Assembly (NCBI GenBank): GCA_032718475.1
Contig: JAUCBJ010004144.1
Span: forward strand, 62,001-126,000
Direction: 5' to 3'
Origin: Nemertoderma westbladi
Lineage: Eukaryota; Animalia; Xenacoelomorpha
Length of the DNA stretch: 64,000 nucleotides
Each line of letters begins with the position of its first letter. Position 1 is the stretch's first letter. The position numbers and the translations under genes were made by a program. This document shows, piece by piece, positions 1-12,500 of the stretch. Below the pieces are notes generated by a model, which saw nothing but the letters and a program-made list of their open reading frames with translations, was not told where the DNA came from and did no database searches.

Positions 1-3000
1 CCATCTCCAGGGGAAAGACGAAGCAAAGAACAGCTGATTACTTCTATAAATGTAAATGTTACCTGCTCTTTTGAATTTCATTTAAGATTGTCTATCTCTT
101 GGAGTGGATTAGAAGTCTTGAATATGAAAATCGATGTCGTTTTTTGTAAAAAATCAGAGGAGATTTTAATAAATTATTGCTGAAAAACACCAAGGATTTT
201 GACATGGCTTTAATACTCATTATATTCATGAAATAGCTGAGAAATTTGAGGTGAATTATTGTATCACATATTAAGTTCGGCTCCAGCCGCTTTGGCAATA
301 CGATGAAACTATAATACATATTCTAGAACACAACAATATTAACAGGGAGATAGGCTACTTATATCTTCACTCTGAGAGCCTCAAAAAGGGGGTGTTCCGA
401 CGCAATCAAAATTCATCCATCTTCATGGGAAAGACGAAGCAAATAACAGCTGATTACTTCTATAAATGTAAGTGTTACCTGCTCTTTTGACTTTCATTTA
501 AGATTGTCTATCTCTTGGAGTGGATTAGAAGTCATGAATATGAAAATCGATGTCGTTTTTTGTAAAAAATCAGAGGAGATTTTAATAAATTATTGCTGAA
601 AAGTACCAAGGATTTTATACTCATTATATTCATGAACTATTTGAGATATTTAATACGATGAAACTATAATAAATATTCTAGAACACAACAATATTAACAG
701 GGAGATAGGCTACTTATATCTTCACTCTGAGAGCCACAGATATGGGGTGTTCCGACGCAATCAAAATTCATCCATCTCCAGGGGAAAGACGAAGCAAATA
801 ACAGCTGATTACTTCTATAAATGTAAGTTTTACCTGTTCTTATGACTTTCGTTTAAGATTCTCTATCTCGTGGAGTGGGTTAGAAGTTATAAATATGAAA
901 ATCGATGTCGTTTTTTGTAAAAAATCAGAGGAGATTTTAATAAATTAATGCTGAAAAACACCAAGGATTTTGACATGGCTTTAATACTTCATTATGTTCA
1001 TGAAATTAGTGAGATATTTGAGGTGAATTATTGCATTACATAATAACTTTAACTCCAGCCACATTAGCAATACGATGAAACTATAATAAATATTCTACAA
1101 CAGAACAATATTAACAGGGAAATAGGCTACTTATCTCTTCACTCTGAGAACCTCAAAAAGGGGGTGTTCTGAAACAATCAAAATTCATCCATCTCCAGGG
1201 GAAAGACGAAGCAAAGAACAGCTGATTACTTCTATAAATTTAAGTGTTACCTGCTCTTTTGACTTTCATTTAAGATTGTCTATCTCTTGGAGTGGGTTAG
1301 AAGTCATGAATATGAAAATCGATGTCGTTTTTTGTAAAAAATCAGAGGAGATTTTAATAAATTAATGCCTAAAAACACCAAGGATTTTGACATGGCTTTA
1401 ATACTCATTATATTCATGAAATAGCTGAGAAATTTGAGGTGAATTATTGTATCACATATTAACTTCGGCTCCAGCCGCTTTGGCAATACGATGAAACTAT
1501 AATAAATATTCTAGAACACAACAATATTAACAGGGAGATAGGCTACTTATATCTTCACTCTGAGAGCCTCAAAAAGGGGGTGTTCCGACGCAATCAAAAT
1601 TGATCCATCTCCAGGGGAAAGACGAAGCAAACAACAGCTGATTACTTCTATAAATGTAAGTGTTACCTGCTCATTTGACTTTCATTTAAGATTGTCTATC
1701 TCTTGGAGTGGGTTAGAAGTCATGAATATGAAAATCGATGTCGTTTTTTGAAAAAAATCAGAGGAGATTTTAATAAATTATTGCTGAAAAACACCAAGGA
1801 TTTTGACATGGCTTTAAAACTCATTATATTCATAAAATAGCTGAGAAATTTGAGGTGAATTATTGTATCACATATTAAGTTCGGCTCCAGCCGCTTTGGC
1901 AATACGATGAAACTATAATACATATTCTAGAACACAACAATATTAACAGGGAGATAGGCTACTTATATCTTCACTCTGAGAGCCTCAAAAAGGGGGTGTT
2001 CCAACGCAATCAAAATTCATCCAACTTCAGGGGAAAGACGAAGCAAAGAACAGCTGATTACTTCTATAAATGTAAGTGTTACCTGCTCTTTTGAATTTCA
2101 TTTAAGATTGTCTATCTCTTGGAGTGGATTAGAAGTCTTGAATATGAAAATCGATGTCGTTTTTTGTAAAAAATCAGAGGAGATTTTAATAAATTATTGC
2201 TGAAAAACACCAAGGATTTTATACTCATTATATTCATGAACTATTTAAGATATTTAATACGATGAAACTATAATACATATTCTAGAACACAACAATATTA
2301 ACAGGGAGATAGGCTACTTATATCTTCACTCTGAGAGCCTTAAAAAGGGGGTGTTCCGACGCAATCAAAATTCATCCATCTCCAGGGGAAAGACGAAGCA
2401 AAGAACAGCTGATTACTTCTATAAATGTAAGTGTTACCTGCTCTTTTGACTTTCATTTAAGATTGTCTATCTCTTGGAGTGGGTTAGAAGTCATGAATAT
2501 GAAAATCGATGTCGTTTTTTGTAAAAAATCTGAGAATATTTTGATAAATTATTGCTGAAAGCCCAAGGATTTTGACATGGCTTTAATACTTCATTATGTT
2601 CATGAAAAAACTTAGATATTTGGGGTGAATTATTGCATTACATAATAACTTTAACTCCAGCCACATTAGCAATAGGATGAAACTATAATAAATATTGTAC
2701 AACAGAACAATATTAACAGGGAAATAGGCTACTTATCTCTCCACTCTGAGAGCCTCAGAAAGGGGGTGTTCCGATGCAATCAAAATTCATCCATCACCAG
2801 GGGAAAGGCGAAGCAAAGAATAGCTGATTACTTCTATAAATGTAAGTGTTACCTGTTCTTTTGACTTTCGTGTAAGATTGACTATCTCTTGGAGTGGGTT
2901 AGAAGACATGAATATGAAAATCAATGTCGTTTTTTGTAAAAAATCAGAGAATATTTTAATAAATTATTGCTGAAAAACACCAAGGATTTTGACAAGGATT

Positions 3001-6000
3001 TAATACTCATTATATTCATAAAATAGCTAAGAAATTTGAGGTGAATTATTGCATTACATATGAATTTCGGCTCCAGCCGCTTTGGCAATACGATGAAACT
3101 ATAATAAATATTCTAGAACACAACAATATTAACAGGGAGATAGGCTACTTTTCTCTACACTCTGAGAGTCTCAAAAAGGGGGTGTTCCGTCGCAATCAAA
3201 TTTCTTCCATCTCCTGGGGAAAGACGAAGCAAATAACAGCTGATTACTTCTATAAATGAAAGTGTTACCTGTTCTTATGACTTTCGTTTAAGATTCTCTA
3301 TCTCGTGGAGTGGGTTAGAAGTTATAAATATGAAAATCGATGTCGTTTTTGAAAAAAATCAGAGGAGATTTTAATAAATTAATGCTGAAAAACACCAAGG
3401 ATTTTGACATGGCTTTAATACTTCATTATGTTCATGAAATTACTGAGATATTTGAGGTGAATTATTGCATTACATAATAACTTTAACTCCAGCCACATTA
3501 GCAATACGATGAAACTATAATAAATATTCTACAACAGAACAATATTAACAGGGAAATAGGCTACTTATCTCTTCACTCTGAGAGCCTCAAAAAGGGGGTG
3601 TTCAGACACAATCACAATTCATCCATCTCCAGGGGAAAGACGAAGCAAAGAACAGCTGATTACTTCTATAAATTTAAGTGTTACCTGCTCTTTTGACTTT
3701 CATTTAAGATTGTCTATCTCTTGGAGTGGGTTAGAAGTCATGAATATGAAAATCGATGTCGTTTTTTGTAAAAAATCAGAGGAGATTTTAATAAATTAAT
3801 GCTGAAAAACACCAAGGATTTTGACATGGCTTTAATACTCATTATATTCATGAAATAGCTGAGAAATTTGAGGTGAATTATTGTATCACATATTAACTTC
3901 GGCTCCAGCCGCTTTGGCAATACGATGAAACTATAATACATATTTTAGAACACAACAATATTAACAGGGAGATAGGCTACTTATATATTCACTCTGAGAG
4001 CCTCAAAAAGTGGGTGTTCCAACGCAATCAAAATTCATCCATCTCCAGGGGAAAGACGAAGCAAAGAACAGCTGATTACTTCTATAAATGTAAGTGTTAC
4101 CTGCTCTTTTGACTTCATTTAAGATTGTCTATCTCTTGGAGTGGGTTAGAAGTCATGAATATGAAAATCGATGTCGTTTTTTGTAAAAAATCTGAGAATA
4201 TTTTGATAAATTATTGCTGAAAGCCCCAGGATTTTGACATGGCTTTAATACTTCATTATGTTCATGAAAAAACTTAGATATTTGGGGTGAATTATTGCAT
4301 TACATAATAACTTTAACTCCAGCCACATTAGCAATAGGATGAAACTATAATAAATATTGTACAACAGAACAATATTAACAGGGAAATAGGCTACTTATCT
4401 CTCCACTCTGAGAGCCTCAGAAAGGGGGTGTTCCGATGCAATCAAAATTCATCCATCACCAGGGGAAAGGCGAAGCAAAGAATAGCTGATTACTTCTATA
4501 AATGTAAGTGTTACCTGTTCTTTTGACTTTCGTGTAAGATTGACTATCTCTTGGAGTGGGTTAGAAGACATGAATATGAAAATCAATGTCGTTTTTTGTA
4601 AAAAATCAGAGAAGATTTTAATAAATTATTGCTGAAAAACACCAAGGATTTTGACAAGGATTTAATACTCATTATATTCATAAAATAGCTGAGAAATTTG
4701 AGGTGAATTATTGCATTACATATGAATTTCGGCTCCAGCCGCTTTGGCAATACGATGAAACTATAATAAATATTCTAGAACACAACAATATTAACAGGGA
4801 GATAGGCTACTTTTCTCTACACTCTGAGAGTCTCAAAAAGGGGGTGTTCCGTCGCAATCAAATTTCTTCCATCTCCTGGGGAAAGACGAAGCAAATAACA
4901 GCTGATTACTTCTATAAATGAAAGTGTTACCTGTTCTTATGACTTTCGTTTAAGATTCTCTATCTCGTGGAGTGGGTTAGAAGTTATAAATATGAAAATC
5001 GATGTCGTTTTTGAAAAAAATCAGAGGAGATTTTAATAAATTAATGCTGAAAAACACCAAGGATTTTGACATGGCTTTAATACTTCATTATGTTCATGAA
5101 ATTACTGAGATATTTGAGGTGAATTATTGCATTACATAATAAGTTTAACTCCAGCCACATTAGCAATACGATGAAACTATAATAAATATTCTACAACAGA
5201 ACAATATTAACAGGGAAATAGGCTACTTATCTCTTCACTCTGAGAGCCTCAAAAAGGGGGTGTTCAGACACAATCACAATTCATCCATCTCCAGGGGAAA
5301 GACGAAGCAAAGAACAGCTGATTACTTCTATAAATTTAAGTGTTACCTGCTCTTTTGACTTTCATTTAAGATTGTCTATCTCTTGGAGTGGATTAGAAGT
5401 CTTGAATATGAAAATCGATGTCGTTTTTTGTAAAAAATCAGAGGAGATTTTAATAAATTATTGCTGAAAAACACCAAGGATTTTATACTCATTATATTCA
5501 TGAACTATTTGAGATATTTAATACGATGAAACTATAATAAATATTCTAGAACACAACAATATTAACTGGGAGATAGGCTACTTATATCTTCACTCTGAGA
5601 GCCACAGATAGGGGGTGTTCCGACGCAATCAAAATTAATCCATCTCCTGGGGAAAGGCGAAGCAAATAACAGCTGATTACTTCTATAAATGTAAGTTTTA
5701 CCTGTTTTTATGACTTTCGTTTAAGATTCTCTATCTCGTGGAGTGGGTTAGAAGTTATAAATATGAAAATCGATGTCGTTTTTTGTAAAAAATCAGAGGA
5801 GATTTTAATAAATTAATGCTGAAAATCTCCAAGGATTTTGACATGGCTTTAATACTCATTATATTCATGAAATAGCTGAGAAATTTGAGGTGAATTATTG
5901 TATCACATATTAACTTCGGCTCCAGCCGCTTTGGCAATACGATGAAACTATAATAAATATTCTAGAACACAACAATATTAACAGGGAGATAGGCTACTTA

Positions 6001-9000
6001 TATCTTCACTCTGAGAGCCTCAAAAAGGGGGTGTTCCAACGCAATCAAAATTAATCCATCTCCAGGGGAAAGACGAAGCAAACAACAGCTGATTACTTCT
6101 ATAAATGTAAGTGTTACCTGCTCTTTTGACTTTCATTTAAGATTGTCTATCTCTTGGAGTGGGTTAGAAGTCATGAATATGAAAATCGATGTCGTTTTTT
6201 GAAAAAAATCAGAGGAGATTTTAATAAATTATTGCTGAAAAACACCAAGGATTTTGACATGGCTTTAATACTCATTATATTCATGAAATAGCTGAGAAAT
6301 TTGAGGTGAATTATTGTATCACATATTAAGTTTGGCTCCAGCCGCTTTAGCAATACGATGGAACTATAATACATATTCTAGAACACAACAATATTAACAG
6401 GGATATAGGCTACTTATATCTTCACTCTGAGAGCCTTAAAAAGGGGGTGTTCCGACGCAATCAAAATTCATCCATCTCCAGGGGAAAGACGAAGCAAAGA
6501 ACAGCTGATTACTTCTATAAATGTAAGTGTTACCTGCTCTTTTGACTTTTATTTAAGATTGTCTATCTCTTGGAGTGGATTAGAAGTCTTGAATATGAAA
6601 ATCGATGTCGTTTTTTGTAAAAAATCAGAGGAGATTTTAATAAATTATTGCTGAAAAACACCAAGGATTTTATACTCATTATATTCATGAACTATTTGAG
6701 ATATTTAATACGATGAAACTATAATAAATATTCTAGAACACAACAATATTAACTGGGAGATAGGCTACTTATATCTTCACTCTGAGAGCCACAGATAGGG
6801 GGTGTTCCGACGCAATCAAAATTCATCCATCTCCAGGGGAAAGACGAAGCAAAGAACAGCTGATTACTTCTATAAATGTAAGTGTTACCTGTTCTTATGA
6901 CTTTCGTTTAAGATTCTCTATCTCGTGGAGTGGGTTAGAAGTTATAAATATGAAAATCGATGTCGTTTTTTGTAAAAAATCAGTGGAGATTTTAATAAAT
7001 TAATGCTGAAAAACACCAAGGATTTTGACATGGCTTTAATACTCATTATATTCATGAAATAGCTCAGAAATTTGAGGTGAATTATTGTATCACATATTAA
7101 CTTCGGCTCCAGCCGCTTTGGCAATACGATGAAACTATATTCAATATTCTAGAAAACAACAATATTAACAGGGAGATAGGCTACTTATATCTTCACTCTG
7201 AGAGCCTCAAAAAGTGGGTGTTCCGACGCAATCAAAATTTATCCATCTCCAGGGGAAAGACGAAGCAAAGAACAGCTGATTACTTCTATAAATGTAAGTG
7301 TTACCTGCTCTTTTGACTTTCATTTAAGATTGTCTATCTCTTGGAGTGGGTTAGAGGTCATGAATATGAAAATCGATGTCGTTTTTTGTAAAAAATCAGA
7401 GGAGATTTTAATAAATTATTGTTGAAAAACACCAAGGATTTTGACAAGGATTTAATACTCATTATATTCATGAACTAGCTGAGATATTTGAGGTGACTAC
7501 ATATTATCTTTGGCTCCAGCCGCTTTGGCAATACGATGAAACTATAATAAATATTCTAGAACACAACAATATTAACAGGAAGATAGGCTACTTATCTCTA
7601 CACTCTGAGAGCCTCAGAAAGGGGGTGTTCCGACGCAATCAAAACTCATCCATCTCCTGGGGAAAGACGAAGCAAATTACAGCTGATTACTTCTATAAAT
7701 GAAAGTGTTACCTGTTCTTATGACTTTCGTTTAAGATTCTCTATCTCGTGGAGTGGGTTAGAAGTTATAAATATGAAAATCGATGTCGTTTTTTGTAAAA
7801 AATCTAAGAATATTTTGATAAATTATTGCTGAAAGCCCAAGGATTTTGACATGGCTTTAATACTTTATTATGTTCATGAAAAAACTTAGATAATTGAGGT
7901 GAATTATTGCATTACATAATAACTTTAACTCCAGCCACATTAGCAATACGATGAAACTATAATAGATATTCTACAACAGAACAATATTAACAGGGAAATA
8001 GGCTACTTATCTCTCCACTCTGAGAGCCTCAGAAAGGGGGTGTTCCGATGCAATCAAAATTCATCCATCACCAGGGGAAAGGCGAAGCAAAGAATAGCTG
8101 ATTACTTCTATAAATGTAAGTGTTACCTGTTCTTTTGACTTTCGTTTAAGATTGTCTATCTCTTGGAGTGGGTTAGAAGACATGAATATGAAAATCAATG
8201 TCGTTTTTTGTAAAAAATCAGAGGAGATTTTAATAAATTATTGCTGAAAAACACCAAGGATTTTGACAAGGATTTAATTATATTCATGAAATAGCTGAGA
8301 AATTTGAGGTAAATTATTGCATTACATATTAATTTCGGCTCCAGCCGCTTTGGCAATACGATGAAACTATAATAAATATTCTAGAACACAACAATATTAA
8401 CAGGGAGATAGGCTACTTTTCTCTACACTCTGAGAGCTTCAAAAAGGGGGTATTCCGCCGCAATCAAATTTCATCCATCTCCTGGGGAAAGACGAAGCAA
8501 ATAACAGCTGATTACTTCTATAAATGAAAGTGTTACCTGTTCTTATGACTTTCGTTTAAGATTCTCTATCTCGTGGAGTGGGTTAGAAATTATAAATATG
8601 AAAATCGATGTGGTTTTTGAAAAAAATCAGAGGATATTTTGATAAATTATTGCTGAAAAACCCCAAGGATTTTGACATGGATTTAATACTTCATTATGTT
8701 CATGAAATAGCTGAGATACTTGAGGTGAATTGTTGCATTAGTTAACTTCGGCTCCAGCCGCTTTGGCAACACGATGAAACTATAATTAATATTCTAGAAC
8801 ACAACAATATTAACAGGGAGATATGCTACTTATCTCTTCACTCTGAGAGCCTCAAAAAGGGGGTGTTCTGACACAATCAAAATGCATCCATCTCCAGGGG
8901 AAAGACGAAGCAGAGAACAGCTGATTACTTCTATAAATGTAAGTGTTACCTGTTCTTATGACTTTCGTTTAAGATTCTCTATCTCGTGGAGTGGGTTAGA

Positions 9001-12000
9001 AGTTATAAATATGAAAATCGATGTCGTTTTTTGTAAAAAATCAGAGGAGTTTTTAATAAATTAATGCTGAAAGCCCAAGGATTTTGACATGGCTTAATAC
9101 TTCATTATGTTCATGAAATTACTGAGATATTTGAGGTGAATTATTGCATTACATAATAACTTTAACTCCAGCCACATTAGCAATACGATGAAACTATAAT
9201 AAATATTCTACAACAGAACAATATTAACAGGGAGATAGGCTACTTATATCTTCACTCTGAGAGCCTCAAAAAGTGGGTGTTCCGACGCAATCAAAATTCA
9301 TCCATCTCCAGGGGAAAGACGAAGCAAAGAACAGCTGATTACTTCTATAAATGTAAGTGTTACCTGTTCTTATGACTTTCGTTTAAGATTGTCTATCTCG
9401 TGGAGTGGGTTAGAAGTTATAAATATGAAAATCGATGTCGTTTTTTGTAAAAAATCTGAGGAGATTTTAATAAATTAATGCTGAAAAACACCAAGGATTT
9501 TGACATGGCTTTAATACTCATTATATTCATGAAATAGCTGAGAAATTTGAGATGAATTATTGTGTCACATATTAACTTCGGCTCCAGCCGCTTTGGCAAT
9601 ACGATGAAACTATAATAAATATTCTAGAACACAACAATATTAACAGGAAGATAGGCTACTTATCTCTCCACTCTGAGAGCCTCAAAAGGGGGTGTTCCGA
9701 CGCAATCAAAATTCATCCATCTCCTGGGGAAAGACGAAGCAAAGAACAGCTGATTACTTATATAAATATAAGTGTTACCTGCTCTTTTGACTTTCATTTA
9801 AGATTGTCTATCTCTTGGAGTGGGTTAGAAGTCATGAATATGAAAATCGATGTCGTTTTTTGTAAAAAATCTGAGAATATTTTAATAAATTATTGCTGAA
9901 AAACACCAAGGATTTTGACATGGCTTTAATACTCATTATATTCATGAAATAGCTGAGAAATTTTAGGTGAATTATTGTATCACATATTAATTTCGGCTCC
10001 AGCCGCTTTGGCAATACGATGAAACTATAATAAATATTCTAAAACACAACAATATTAACAGGGAGATAGGCTACTTATATCTTCACTCTGAGAGCCTCAA
10101 AAAGGGGGTGTTCCGACGCAATCAAAATTCATCCATCTCCAGGGGAAAGACGAAGCAAATAACAGCTGATTACTTCTATAAATGAAAGTGTTACATGTTC
10201 TTATGACTTTCGTTTAAGATTCTCTATCTCGTGGAGTGGGTTAGAAGTCATGAATATGAAAATCGATGTCGTTTTTTGTAAAAAATCAGAGGAGATTTTA
10301 ATAAATTATTGCTGAAAAACACCAAGGATTTTATACTCATTATATTCATGAACTATTTGAGATATTTAACACGATGAAACTATAATAAATATTCTAGAAC
10401 ACAACAATATTAACAGGGAGATAGGCTACTTATATCTTCACTCTGAGAGCCACAGATAGGGGGTGTTCCGACGCAATCAAAATTAATCCATCTCCTGGAG
10501 AAAGACGAAGCAAGTAACAGCTGATTACTTCTATAAATGTAAGTGTTACCTGTTCTTATGACTTTCGTTTAAGATTCTCTATCTCGTGGAGTGGGTTAGA
10601 AGTTATAAATATGAAAATCGATGTCGTTTTTTGTAAAAAATCAGAGGAGATTTTAATAAATTAATGCTGAAAAACACCAAGGATTTTGACATGGCTTTAA
10701 TACTCATTATTCATGAAATAGATGAGAAATTTGAGGTGAATTATTGTATCACATATTAAGTTCGGCTCCAGCTGCTTTGGCAATACGATGAAACTATAAT
10801 ACACATTCTAGAACACAACAATATTAACAGAGAGATAGGCTACTTATATCTTCACTCTGAGAGCCTCAAAAAGGGGGTGTTCCGACGCAATCAAAATTCA
10901 TCCATCTTCAGGGGAAAGACGAAGCAAAGAACAGCTGATTACTTCGAGCAGGTAAGTGTTACCTGCTCTTTTGACTTTAATTTAAGATTGTCTATCTCTT
11001 GGAGTGGGTTAGAAGTCATGAATATGAAAATCGATGTTGTTTTTTGTAAAAAATCAGAGGAGATTTTAATAAATTAATGCTGAAAAACACCAAGGATTTT
11101 GACATGGCTTTAATACTCATTATATTCATGAAATAGCTGAGAAATTTGAGGTGAATTATTGTATCACATATTAACTTCGGTTCCAGCCGCTTTGGCAATA
11201 CGATGAAACTATAATACATATTCTAAAACACAACAATATTAACAGGGAGATAGGCTACTTATATCTTCACTCTGAGAGCCTCAAAAAGGGGGTGTTCCGA
11301 CGCAATCAAAATTCATCCATCTCCAGGGGAAAGACGAAGCAAAGAACAGCTGATTACTTCTATAAATGTAAGTGTTACCTGCTCTTTTGACTTTCATTTA
11401 AGATTGTCTATCTCTTGGAGTGGATTAGAAGTCATGAATATGAAAATCGATGTCGTTTTTTGTAAAAAATCAGAGGAGATTTTAATAAATTATTGCTGAA
11501 AAACACCAAGGATTTTATACTCATTATATTCATGAACTATTTGAGATATTTAATACGATGAAACTATAATAAATATTCTAGAACACAACAATATTAACAG
11601 GGAGATAGGCTACTTATATCTTCACTCTGAGAGCCACAGATAGGGGGTGTTCCGACGCAATCAAAATTAATCCATCTCCTGGAGAAAGACAAAGCAAATA
11701 ACAGCTGATTACTTCTATAAATGTAAGTGTTACCTGTTCTTATGACTTTCGTTTAAGATTCTCTATCTCGTGGAGTGGGTTAGAAGTTATAAATATGAAA
11801 ATCGATGTCGTTTTTTGTAAAAAATCAAGGAGATTTTAATAAATTAATGCTGAAAAACACAAAGGATTTTGACATGGCTTTAATACTCATTATATTCATG
11901 AAATAGCTGAGAAATTTGAGGTGAATTATTGTATCACATATTAAGTTCGGCTCCAGCTGCTTTGGCAATACGATGAAACTATAATACACATTCTAGAACA

Positions 12001-12099
12001 CAACAATATTAACAGGGAGATAGGCTACTTATATCTTCACTCTGAGAGCCTCAAAAAGGGGGTGTTCCGACGCAATCAAAATTCATCCATCTCCAGGGG
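1..12099. repeat. Tandem satellite array, ~416-bp monomer (30 full monomers, six of them 355-bp deletion variants); begins before the window
   Basis: The anchor CCATCTCCAGGGGAAAGACGAAGC (with variants) recurs at 1, 417, 772, 1189, 1605, 2021, 2376, 2791, 3207, 3623, 4039 ... 11317, 11672, 12087. The 355-bp units start at 417, 2021, 5285, 6472, 10133 and 11317. The array stops abruptly at 12099, where TGATG begins. Confidence 0.98.
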
Positions 12100-12240
12100 T
12101 GATGAATTATTTCACTATAAGAAAGCATTTGTAGTTTAACTTTAACGTAAAAACTTTCGAAAATCCAACGCATTTTGATTAAGTTACAGTAATGTAATAT
12201 GCCTATTCATATTTGTACACGTAAAACCCCTAGTTACTCT

Positions 12241-12313
12241 CGTGGCGTAGTGGTCAGATGGTTAAGGCGTTGGTTACATTACAGATAGGTTACGAGTTCG
12301 AATCCCGGTCAGG
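12241..12313 (+). promoter_or_regulatory. Degenerate tRNA-like segment with Pol III A-box and B-box (SINE-head-like) inside the putative LTR
   Basis: A-box-like TGGCGTAGTGG (12243-12253) and TGGTCAGATGGTTAAGGCG; B-box GAGTTCGAATCCC (12294-12306) in a T-arm-like context. No intact acceptor or anticodon stem, so it is not called a tRNA gene. Confidence 0.65.
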
Positions 12314-12362
12314 AAATTTGCATTTTGGGGCAATTTATTTTCATTTGGTACAAATTGATAAG

Positions 12363-12500
12363 CCAATGAGGTGCGTACAACGTATTGAACGATGAGTTGG
12401 GCCAATCATAGGGCATAGAACATCTTATTGCTCCAATGTGAGGCCATGGAATACTCTAGAAGATTCTAGTGGATTCTATGTCCCAGATTTAGTATATAAA
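12363..12500 (+). promoter_or_regulatory. Pol II promoter of LTR U3: three CCAAT boxes and a TATA box
   Basis: CCAAT at 12363, 12402 and 12433; TATATAAA at 12493-12500. Confidence 0.6.

Noticed and set aside
92-11219. Recurrent 60-75 aa ORFs in the satellite, and an exon-like AG...GT stretch on the minus strand
   Set aside because: They arise from the repeat itself. Monomer length is mostly not a multiple of three, frames carry stops, and no domain is recognisable.
1-12099. CRISPR-like array
   Set aside because: Whole monomers repeat, with no unique spacers and no cas genes; the context is eukaryotic.
12241-12313. Functional tRNA gene
   Set aside because: No coherent acceptor or anticodon stem, and the T-stem has mismatches; kept only as a Pol III promoter-like relic.
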